A DNA stretch of 15,626 bases from Candidatus Hodarchaeota archaeon (lineage in GTDB: Archaea; Asgardarchaeota; Heimdallarchaeia; Hodarchaeales; Hodarchaeaceae). The DNA lies in contig JAEOTQ010000113.1 in assembly GCA_016839785.1 (NCBI GenBank), forward strand, positions 1 through 15,626, given 5' to 3'. Shown one piece after another: positions 7,587 through 15,038 of the stretch (the stretch's first letter is position 1; each line of letters opens with the position of its first letter). The notes beneath the pieces were generated by a model, which was not told the origin of the DNA, searched no databases, and was given only the letters and a program-made list of their open reading frames with translations. Position numbers and translations under genes: made by a program.

Positions 7587-8342
7587 CAGATGTAGTACCT
7601 TTAAACTACCATGAAGTTCAGTAAAAAAGCTTTTCCATAAAGAACCTATACCAATGAGAGCGAGGAGATAAGTAACTTCACCAGAGTTATCTTCCACAAC
7701 TCGGAATAATATATCCAGGAGCCCTCCTTTACGGACATAATCATTAATAAGGAGTACTCTTTTATCTCTAATTCCATGCCGTATTTGATTATAATAGACC
7801 GTAGAAACAAGTTCCTGTTCAATGAGGTATGGATATCTAATTATATTTTCAGGTTTTGCTGAGGGAAGACGATAAGAAACTGAATACCAAGGTATACCCA
7901 AGGTTTGTGAGAATCCAATTGCGAGAGGAACTGCCTCTGAATGAGTTAATATAACATCAAACTTTTCATACAGTTTTTCTTTCTGACACAAATAGTACGC
8001 AAGAAAATTAAGGGTTGAAGGTGTGCCTAAAAACTCTGTTAGATCCACTTGAATCGGTTGGGCCTGAACATCTATATCTATTCTGGGTATTAATAGATCT
8101 GTTACAAGATTAACTTTCTTCAGAACGTAGGTTTTACAATATTCAATTTTCTCTCTACTTAGCTTAGTTTCTCCCTTTAAATATCGAGTAAACTGCGAGT
8201 AAGATAACTGAAGATCGGAAGTAGCAGTGATAAATTGCTCAAATGCTAAATAAAATTCATAGATAGACTTATATTTCTCTAAAATTAGTCGCAATCCATA
8301 AAGTACTTGTAAATGATCCCAAATCTGTTCTTCGAACTTCAA
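7575..8342 (-). CDS. HTH plus phosphoribosyltransferase-domain protein, probable transcription regulator (PurR/GfcR-like architecture)
   Basis: N-terminal helical region with LSYSQFTRYLKG. C-terminal type I PRT fold (FDVILT, AVPLA, KRVLLINDYVRKGG) with a degenerate PRPP loop. TTG start after GAAGGGG. Divergent from the ECF operon. Confidence 0.72.
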   Translation of the reverse strand: MKFEEQIWDHLQVLYGLRLILEKYKSIYEFYLAFEQFITATSDLQLSYSQFTRYLKGETKLSREKIEYCKTYVLKKVNLVTDLLIPRIDIDVQAQPIQVDLTEFLGTPSTLNFLAYYLCQKEKLYEKFDVILTHSEAVPLAIGFSQTLGIPWYSVSYRLPSAKPENIIRYPYLIEQELVSTVYYNQIRHGIRDKRVLLINDYVRKGGLLDILFRVVEDNSGEVTYLLALIGIGSLWKSFFTELHGSLKVLHLLSQ

Positions 8343-8360
8343 AAAGACCCCTTCTTTTTT

Positions 8361-8441
8361 TATTGCATATTTTTACAATAATTTCTACACATAAGAATAC
8401 ATAATGAGATCTTAGGTTTAATCATTCATAATTTTGCAATA
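8361..8441. promoter_or_regulatory. Two related 20-bp candidate operator sites between the regulator and the ECF operon
   Basis: TATTGCATATTTTTACAATA (8361-8380; palindrome TATTG-N10-CAATA) and TCATTCATAATTTTGCAATA (8422-8441). They are 15/20 identical and 61 bp apart. Confidence 0.5.
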
Positions 8442-8514
8442 TACTAAATAAAAACCCTTCGTTTGGGAGATAAAATATAATAGAACCACTTTTTAGAATA
8501 TCACCCGATAATAA

Positions 8515-9273
8515 ATGGCGACCATTCAATCAACAGATCGTGATGTACAACTTGTACGACAACTTGCTTTGATTACTACTTTTACTGCATTAGTATTCAT
8601 GTCTACAGTAATTTTTTCGTTTGAATTAGTACCCACCACAGGATATTTTAATTTTGGTGAGTCGTTTGTTTACATAGCTGCCTTAATCGGAGGTCCTATT
8701 GTAGGGGCTATTGCAGGAGGTTTTGGTTCATATTTAGCTGATTCATTTTTAGGATTTGGACAATTTGCATTCGCTACTCTCATAATCAAGGGTTTAGAAG
8801 GTTTTGTAGTTGGTTTGCTATTCAATTTTAGTGCCCGAGTGGACCAAAAGAAGAGACGGATTTTCTTAGCTATCATCACAGGATTTCTTATCCTATTCAC
8901 AATGATTCTCAACATTTTTGAGGGCAGTTTCGTAGCTGAGAGTGGATTGGCACTCGGTACTTACACTTTACCTGGAATCATCCTAATTTTCATTGCGATC
9001 ATATTAGCAGCAATTTTATGGCTTGTAGAGTTTCGGTTGAAGTACCGGGGAAAAATGGCTCTTTCATGCCTCTTAGCTGGACCTATAATCGTCGTAGGTT
9101 ATTTCCTCTGGGAAGTTTTTGCTTTACAAGTTGCTGTAGAAGCAGCATTATTTGAAGTTCCTTTCAATATAACACAAGTGATTTTTGGAACTCTCATTGC
9201 TGTTCCTATCGTCACCTACCTTGATGAACTAGGTATTCTTCCCTCCCGCACTCCAAAGGATGATGAAGTGTAG
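8515..9273 (+). CDS. ECF transporter substrate-specific S component (HmpT/PdxU-like) with an extra two-TM insertion
   Basis: ALVFMST, GYFNFGE, GGPIVGAIAGGFGSYLAD, TLIIKGLEG, EVPFNITQ. First gene of an S-A-A-T cluster. Confidence 0.88.
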   Translation: MATIQSTDRDVQLVRQLALITTFTALVFMSTVIFSFELVPTTGYFNFGESFVYIAALIGGPIVGAIAGGFGSYLADSFLGFGQFAFATLIIKGLEGFVVGLLFNFSARVDQKKRRIFLAIITGFLILFTMILNIFEGSFVAESGLALGTYTLPGIILIFIAIILAAILWLVEFRLKYRGKMALSCLLAGPIIVVGYFLWEVFALQVAVEAALFEVPFNITQVIFGTLIAVPIVTYLDELGILPSRTPKDDEV

Positions 9274-9326
9274 AAAAAGATCCTAGTATCTCTATATAGT
9301 AATCCCTCCTTGTGAAGGAAAAATTA

Positions 9327-10130
9327 ATGCTGGAAATCAGACATCTGAAGGTTAAATACGCAGGATCCTCAGAATGGGCACTTGATAACATTTCTATGGA
9401 TGCAAAACCTGGCCAAATTACCCTGATCACAGGTTTCAGCGGTTCTGGAAAGAGTACACTAGCCCGAGCCTTAATGACTTTAATCCCCAAATTTTTTTCT
9501 GCAACCATGAAAGGAGAAATTCAGGTAAATGATCGATTAATCCAATCCTACACACGATCTGAACTTATCAAGCTTTGCGGTTATGTTCCTCAATACCCTG
9601 CTGATTTTGTAACTACTCTCTCAGTTGAAGAAGAGGTAGCTCTTATTCTAGAGAATTTAGGATTCATGCCTGAAGAGATTATATCCAGGTTAGATGAGGT
9701 CTTTACCATATTAGAGATTAATATTCTAAGAAATAAGCTCCAAACGGAACTTAGCTCTGGTGAGTTACAACGAATCGCCATAGCAACTGCTCTTGCACCA
9801 AACGTTCCTATTCTCATTTTTGACGAACCTATGGCTCGTATTGATTTGAAATCTGAACTCCTACTCGTCAGATTATTGAAAAAGTTAGCAAAAGAAGGGA
9901 AAACAGTCGTAGCATTTGAACATAGACTCGATTATCTTCTTGAAGTCGCTGATAATGTAATCATCCTTGAAAATGGCCAAATCACAGCTCAAGGAAAACC
10001 TGAGACAATCATTAAGGATTTACTGATAATTGATCCTCCTGAAATTTCATTGATGAAAATACCTAATTCATCAAAGATACCTGCATCTTTTACAGATGCT
10101 CATACAAGTTTGAAGGAGTTTCTTCTCTAG
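9327..10130 (+). CDS. ecfA1: ECF transporter ATPase A1
   Basis: Walker A GFSGSGKST, Q-loop VPQ, signature LSSGELQR, Walker B ILIFDEP, H-switch EHR. Start is ATG 9327 or GTG 9312. Confidence 0.9.
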   Translation: MLEIRHLKVKYAGSSEWALDNISMDAKPGQITLITGFSGSGKSTLARALMTLIPKFFSATMKGEIQVNDRLIQSYTRSELIKLCGYVPQYPADFVTTLSVEEEVALILENLGFMPEEIISRLDEVFTILEINILRNKLQTELSSGELQRIAIATALAPNVPILIFDEPMARIDLKSELLLVRLLKKLAKEGKTVVAFEHRLDYLLEVADNVIILENGQITAQGKPETIIKDLLIIDPPEISLMKIPNSSKIPASFTDAHTSLKEFLL

Positions 10131-10145
10131 GAGTGGATAATACAA

Positions 10146-10937
10146 GTGGAAATTCAAGTCCAAAATGTTCATTATCAATATTCAAAAGATTCTAGAGAAA
10201 TTTTCCATTCATTAACTTGGGCTAGTCAGTTTCCTGAGATTATTGGAATATTGGGAGTAAATGGTTGTGGAAAATCAACTTTTCTCCGTTTACTTGGAGG
10301 ATTAATTCATCCTACTTCTGGTAAAATCCTAACCAATGGTGAAGTTGTTACAGGAATATCTTCTGTTAAAAAAAACCTGTGTTTTGTACCTGAAAACGCA
10401 AAACTCTTTCTAGTTGGACCGACATTAAGAAAAGAAGTGTATAGATTAAAAATAGGTGAGCAGGAATCTGATAGACTGCTAGAAGATTTCGGATTACTTC
10501 ATCTTGCGGACAAAAAACTCTATGCTTTAAGTGAAGGGCAACGACGTTTAGTAGCTATTTGGTTAGCATTCCAACTAAATCGACAGATTATCTTACTCGA
10601 TGAACCTACCATTGGGATGGACATTCAAGGAAAAGAATTGTTTTCAAAACTCTTGAAGGATGCTACTGCTATTGGAAAGACTGTAATTATTGCCAGTAAT
10701 GACTCACGAATTCTTCCAATGGTTGAAAGAATATCTGTTATTCAAAACAAAGGAATTTTTCTTGATGGTTCTCCTAAGGATGTCCTTTACAACCTAGAAA
10801 ACACAACCAAGTTAATTCCTAATCAAGTTGTTCGTCTTATTTCATCGATGAATGATTTGGGAGGAAAAATACCTCCTTACACTAATATTTCCCAACTTAA
10901 TAATTATCTACAGCAAATAAAGAGGAGGAATTCCTAA
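10146..10937 (+). CDS. ecfA2: ECF transporter ATPase A2 (degenerate Q-loop and H-switch)
   Basis: Walker A GVNGCGKST, signature LSEGQRR, Walker B ILLDEP. The Q-loop reads VPE and the H-switch reads SND. GTG start after GGAG. Confidence 0.87.
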   Translation: MEIQVQNVHYQYSKDSREIFHSLTWASQFPEIIGILGVNGCGKSTFLRLLGGLIHPTSGKILTNGEVVTGISSVKKNLCFVPENAKLFLVGPTLRKEVYRLKIGEQESDRLLEDFGLLHLADKKLYALSEGQRRLVAIWLAFQLNRQIILLDEPTIGMDIQGKELFSKLLKDATAIGKTVIIASNDSRILPMVERISVIQNKGIFLDGSPKDVLYNLENTTKLIPNQVVRLISSMNDLGGKIPPYTNISQLNNYLQQIKRRNS

Positions 10938-10969
10938 TTTCAGGAATTTTAGAGAGACTTTATCGAGGA

Positions 10970-11656
10970 TTGGTGTTTCATCCAGATTCTATTAGTTTTC
11001 ATCCTCTTTCAGGAATTTTTATTCTTTTAGTTCAGTTTATACTTTTACTTGTCTTAGCTCCCCTTCCTCTATCTCTTCTTACTATCTTTATAATCTTTGA
11101 ATTTTTATTAGTAGGTGGGAGGAGGTCAATGATAAATCTGTTGTGGGGCATTATGCCTCTTATTATCTTTTTAACTGGCACAACATTGATTTTTTCAGGA
11201 TTTACCATTGCATTGGGAGTGTTCTTACGTATTATTAGTGGTGCCCTAAGTTTTTCTTTCTTTATAACATTCACCAATCCTTCAGACTTAACCCGCATTT
11301 TTGAATCATTACATATACCCCCGCGATGGGCAATAATCCCCTCTCTCACCTTAACATTCGTCCCTCGAGTTATTAAAGATGCACAAGAAACTATAGAAAC
11401 ATTGGCATTACGGGGTGAAATTGGAGGAAAGTGGAATATCCTAAAATGGATGCCAAGAGTATTTGCAATAATTATAGCGTCCAGTTTGTACCGATCTGAA
11501 TTTCTAGCTCAGGCCCTGTATTTTCGAGGGTTTGGTCTTCCCTCACGTACTCATTATCGTAAAATAGCATTCAAACGAGTAGATCTGCTCCGATCATCTT
11601 TTTGGAGCTTAATTCTAGTATTAACACCACAAATTAATTCTCTTTCATTCAGTTAA
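10970..11656 (+). CDS. ecfT: ECF transporter transmembrane T component
   Basis: TM helices plus coupling helices with the two conserved Arg motifs, ALRG and ALYFRGF; also TNPSDL and LTFVPRV. Start codon uncertain. Confidence 0.9.
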   Translation: MVFHPDSISFHPLSGIFILLVQFILLLVLAPLPLSLLTIFIIFEFLLVGGRRSMINLLWGIMPLIIFLTGTTLIFSGFTIALGVFLRIISGALSFSFFITFTNPSDLTRIFESLHIPPRWAIIPSLTLTFVPRVIKDAQETIETLALRGEIGGKWNILKWMPRVFAIIIASSLYRSEFLAQALYFRGFGLPSRTHYRKIAFKRVDLLRSSFWSLILVLTPQINSLSFS

Positions 11657-12311
11657 GCTGAAGAAATACTACTCTTCCACTAAAGATTCTAATATGTGCA
11701 TATCTACCCATGTTAATGGCCATCACTGGAAAACTATTATCAGTAAAGGCTTTTCCTAGTAAAAGCGACTGGATAATAGTAAATGATCCACCGTGGCCAA
11801 TCAGTGCCATTCTATATTCTTTCCCATCTCGTTTCTGATTTAATAACTTCTCAAAACCAATGGCGACTCGATTCCAGAATACTTGTAGACTTTCACCATT
11901 AGGGAATACAAACTGTTTATGGGTGTTCAAGAGTCTAGCAACAAGAGGTTCGTGCTTTCCTACTTTATCCATTGGAAAGAATTTTGGGTAAGATGGATCT
12001 TCCTTTATTTCTGATTTATATCTTCCAGCCCATACCCCAAGATCAATCTCTGCTAGCCATTTTTGTTCATTAAATGGAGGTTTGGTATCAAGAGCATCAT
12101 AAATATAGGAAGCGGTTTGTTTAGTTCGTACAAAAGGGCTAACTATGAAATCAGAGAAGGAATGTAAATGGAGCTCCTCAGCAATATTTTTCGCTTGTTT
12201 GATACCTATCTCACTCAATGGAGAAGTGGGGGATGTCCAATGCGCAGGTGGATTTTCAGGTTGGGCATGTCGAATCAAGAATAGATCTAGCTCAAGATTT
12301 TTTATATCCAA
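11649..12311 (-). CDS. Histidine phosphatase superfamily protein (branch 1; PhoE/CobC/dPGM-like)
   Basis: LIRHAQ, LSEIGIKQA, SPFVRTKQTA, EIDLGVWAG, GES, GHGG. TTG start. Confidence 0.9.
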   Translation of the reverse strand: MDIKNLELDLFLIRHAQPENPPAHWTSPTSPLSEIGIKQAKNIAEELHLHSFSDFIVSPFVRTKQTASYIYDALDTKPPFNEQKWLAEIDLGVWAGRYKSEIKEDPSYPKFFPMDKVGKHEPLVARLLNTHKQFVFPNGESLQVFWNRVAIGFEKLLNQKRDGKEYRMALIGHGGSFTIIQSLLLGKAFTDNSFPVMAINMGRYAHIRIFSGRVVFLQLN

Positions 12312-12359
12312 TTGAAATCATTCCGAATAACTATAAACAGGAAGATAAGATGATTTTCC

Positions 12360-13466
12360 TTATAGATTTTTTGCCTGTCCGTAGCTATTAAAGGCTTTCA
12401 AGAACATCAGTGCACTTGTGTACGCTGCTGAGGCTAGTGCATGCTCAGTAGTCTCGTTAACCGCATATAGTTCATCAAAGTGTTCTAATATAGCTAGTTT
12501 GCTGTATTTCAAAAACGTTTCATTAATAGGTATTCCTGATTTCTGATAGTTATCATTAGTCCATTTGAAAATAGTTTCAAATAGCTCTGGCTCAAAGATT
12601 TTAAGAACATCCCAGGCAACAGTCATCCAATTAGTACCCACATTACCTTTTCCAATTACATCTTTAGGAAATTTCTTGGCAATAATATCTAATGGAGTCC
12701 CAGTGATACCATGTTGAGCAATTTTGACACCAAAAGGTTTGATAGCATGCCCGATATCAGAGGTCAATTGTATATCAATACCTTCTTGTCGTATTGGGTT
12801 CCCATGTTTGTCATATTGAAAACCGTGAACAGAACCGTTGGCAATGGCAAGAAAATGAGGGTGGACATCATGATCTTTCAATGACTCGATGAAGGTGGTT
12901 GCCTCACTAACCGTCGTCATCACTAAGCCTGTCTTAGGATCCTTTTTCCCTATCTCTCCAACTTCAACCTCTAGTCCAAAATTCTTATGTCCAAGTTTCT
13001 CTTCAATGAAATGAGTTACTTCAGAAGTCGCATTTATGTTTCCTGATAAGTGCTCTTTATCATTGGTACCAGATTCATCATATAAGAAGCTGGCATCAAT
13101 AGCGAAAGAAGTATAGCCTGCCTCTATTTGTGCAGATATCAATTCTTTCACCCCAGGAATATCTTCAGGTTTTCCTACCTTAATATGATCCCCGTGGATA
13201 ATATAATTTGAATATTGAACTTCCGCTGCAACGTCAGCTACAAATTTCCCATATTTTGCTGGAGTAAGTCCAGTGTATCCTCCTTGAAGATCTGACTCCG
13301 ATTTAGCTAATTCAAAGATTATAGGTGAATCTGTATCTTTCGCTGCTTGCAAGATTCCCTTCACCACTCCCTTACCAATCCGAGTATTACACGCCATAAT
13401 GATACTATTTGTAGGGTAAATCTTTTCATAAAAGGGCTTTCCCCACATAGGTTTATAATCAGTCAT
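12360..13466 (-). CDS. fba: Class II (Zn-dependent) fructose-bisphosphate aldolase family protein
   Basis: HGDH, AIDAS, EVEVGEIG, AIANGSVHG, AQHGITG, KGNVGT. Probable start is ATG 13466 (MTDYKPM); the frame is open to 13523. Confidence 0.9.
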   Translation of the reverse strand: MTDYKPMWGKPFYEKIYPTNSIIMACNTRIGKGVVKGILQAAKDTDSPIIFELAKSESDLQGGYTGLTPAKYGKFVADVAAEVQYSNYIIHGDHIKVGKPEDIPGVKELISAQIEAGYTSFAIDASFLYDESGTNDKEHLSGNINATSEVTHFIEEKLGHKNFGLEVEVGEIGKKDPKTGLVMTTVSEATTFIESLKDHDVHPHFLAIANGSVHGFQYDKHGNPIRQEGIDIQLTSDIGHAIKPFGVKIAQHGITGTPLDIIAKKFPKDVIGKGNVGTNWMTVAWDVLKIFEPELFETIFKWTNDNYQKSGIPINETFLKYSKLAILEHFDELYAVNETTEHALASAAYTSALMFLKAFNSYGQAKNL

Positions 13467-13557
13467 TCTTTTAACACTTCTGAAAATCGATTTTTTGTTA
13501 GTTAGATCTATTTCCTGTAACATTTAAATCTTGATTGAGATGATCAACTGCATTGTT

Positions 13558-13577
13558 AACTCATGAGTTGAATTCAA
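13558..13577. promoter_or_regulatory. Two overlapping perfect palindromes upstream of fba
   Basis: AACTCATGAGTT (13558-13569) and TTGAATTCAA (13568-13577), about 90-110 bp upstream of ATG 13466. Confidence 0.3.
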
Positions 13578-13667
13578 AATTTAGAAATTGTTTCCATTTT
13601 TGATGTATACCAAGGTACTTAATCGTAAAAGGGGAAAAATCTAAGAGGAAGCAAGTTTCCCTTCTTT

Positions 13668-13740
13668 GGGGATAGGCATTATTACTCTTATTTCATGGAA
13701 TCTTAAGAGTGGTTAGAGTGCATGCATATTGTCTATCCCC
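13668..13740 (+). ncRNA. Candidate structured RNA (long interrupted stem-loop)
   Basis: GGGGATAGGCA (13668-13678) pairs with TGTCTATCCCC (13730-13740). Inner stem ATTACTCTTA/TAAGAGTGGT (13681-13690/13704-13713). Its three non-Watson-Crick pairs are G-U only when read on the + strand. Confidence 0.35.
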
Positions 13741-13787
13741 TCAATCTCCTATCTATTACTTTTTTGAGATGTTTGTAAATAGGAAAT

Positions 13788-13843
13788 ACCTGTACCTCTG
13801 GATTCCCACTTTATTAAATACTTGAAACTGAAAAAGTACAGGT
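13788..13843 (-). other. Hairpin in the 3' region of the NTF2-fold gene (possible terminator or stability element)
   Basis: On the - strand ACCTGTACTTTT pairs with AGAGGTACAGGT (8 perfect bp plus 4 bp including G-U). It begins 13 nt after the stop codon. Confidence 0.3.
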
Positions 13844-13856
13844 CTGATTATTATCT

Positions 13857-14234
13857 TCATCCAGCTATTGATATCTTATGAACTATCCACCATGTATCCT
13901 CAATTTTCATCAGATTGAAGTAATCAGTATAACGTACTTTTTGATTTTCGATCACAATCTTTGCTGAACCGATCATATCGGTAACATCCACATATTTGAA
14001 TGTCGTTTTCCAGTTTAATGACAGATCGGGGTTTTCAGGATTATACCAAGAAAAATGCTCGATTTTATCGACAACTCTGAGTTTTCCATCCTCATCATGC
14101 AAGAAAAACTTCCATTTTTCATGTAAGATTTGTTCATAGAGCTTAGGATCTTCCTTTACATGGCCCTCATGATAATAGGTCATGATTGCTTGTTTTATTT
14201 GTTTTTTTTCTTCTAGATACTTTTCTGCACTCAT
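13857..14234 (-). CDS. NTF2-like fold protein (putative lumazine-binding/SnoaL-like family)
   Basis: 125 aa: IKQAIMTYYHEG...LH...VDVTDMIGSAKI...YTDYFNLMKIEDTWWIVHK is the typical pattern of this family. Confidence 0.85.
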   Translation of the reverse strand: MSAEKYLEEKKQIKQAIMTYYHEGHVKEDPKLYEQILHEKWKFFLHDEDGKLRVVDKIEHFSWYNPENPDLSLNWKTTFKYVDVTDMIGSAKIVIENQKVRYTDYFNLMKIEDTWWIVHKISIAG

Positions 14235-14305
14235 TTCTGGATCTTCCGTATAATTGAAAGAGTAGGGGAAAATTATAAATGAGACAATTCTTATTTTTTT
14301 GTGTC

Positions 14306-14920
14306 ATGGCAACTAGTGATAATCTTACTCCCACCTTCTTCATTGATAGTAATTCAGACACAATTCATCAAATGGCGATGGATCTGCAATCACAATCACT
14401 GGATGAAGTTGATCTGAGTGTTTCCATATTTAATTTTGTTCGAGATGAAATTAAATATAAAATCAATATGTCTCACTATGCTGGTCCTGATGATTTCAAA
14501 GCTAGTGCCACATTACAACGAAAAGAAGGATTCTGTATACCTAAATCAATTTTACTAGTTGCATTATATCGTGCCTGTAACATACCCTCAAGATTGCATT
14601 TTGCTGATATCATAAATCATCAAAGTCCTGATTATTTGGTGAAACTTATGGGTACGAATGTGTTTTATTTCCATGGATATGCAGAAGTATTTCTACAAAA
14701 TCAATGGTTCAAACTTACTCCCTCTTTCGAAACTGATTTGTGCCAGAAACATGATTTTCCTGTCTGTACGTTCACTGGGTTAAATGATGCTACGTTCTCT
14801 TCTAAAGATGTTCAGGGAAGACCCTTTATTGATTACCTGCAGGATCGAGGAGCGTACTCAGATCTCCCCTTTTCTGATATGGTATCTACTTTTCAAGAAT
14901 TTTATGGTGGACACTTTTAA
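14306..14920 (+). CDS. Transglutaminase-like domain protein
   Basis: LTPTFFIDS, IFNFVRDEIKY, ASATL, GFCIPKSILLVALYRACNIPSRL, HGYAEVFLQNQW. Likely start is ATG 14306 (ORF track gives 14279). Confidence 0.9.
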   Translation: MATSDNLTPTFFIDSNSDTIHQMAMDLQSQSLDEVDLSVSIFNFVRDEIKYKINMSHYAGPDDFKASATLQRKEGFCIPKSILLVALYRACNIPSRLHFADIINHQSPDYLVKLMGTNVFYFHGYAEVFLQNQWFKLTPSFETDLCQKHDFPVCTFTGLNDATFSSKDVQGRPFIDYLQDRGAYSDLPFSDMVSTFQEFYGGHF

Positions 14921-15024
14921 AATACGATAGATAATAACCGAAAATGAATAACGCTCATTCATTATTATTCTGGAATTCAAGTTATCTTTAATTTCAATTA
15001 ATTATATTCTCTAGATCGTATTTT
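14919..15024. repeat. 10-bp perfect inverted repeat bracketing the intergenic spacer, with an inner hairpin
   Basis: AAAATACGAT (14919-14928) / ATCGTATTTT (15015-15024). Inner AATGAAT-N7-ATTCATT (14943-14963). Confidence 0.35.
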
Positions 15025-15038
15025 TGGAGATTTATACA

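Noticed and set aside
13668-13741. tRNA interpretation of the 74-nt GGGGATA...TATCCCC element with CAT in a loop
   Set aside because: No T-arm (GTTCRA), no D-arm consensus and no proper 5-bp/7-nt anticodon arm.
13467-13856. GfcR-style control of fba by the HTH-PRT protein
   Set aside because: No copy of the 8361/8422 motif was found by eye upstream of fba; the regulator's position points to the ECF operon instead.
13788-13859. Selenocysteine read-through of the NTF2-fold gene (TGA AGA TAA) with the downstream hairpin as SECIS
   Set aside because: The protein already ends where this family ends, the hairpin lacks the AUGA/GA quartet, and there is no redox motif.
13857-14234. Functional link between the NTF2-fold protein and the Ran-like GTPase
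   Set aside because: They are 8.5 kb apart in different transcription units, and the protein looks like the common prokaryotic lumazine-binding/SnoaL-like family rather than eukaryotic NTF2.
2238-14361. Short ORFs 2238..2519, 2930..3148, 8670..8915, 9212..9508, 9590..9817, 11032..11349 and 14167..14361
   Set aside because: All overlap well-supported genes, mostly antisense, and have no recognisable motifs.
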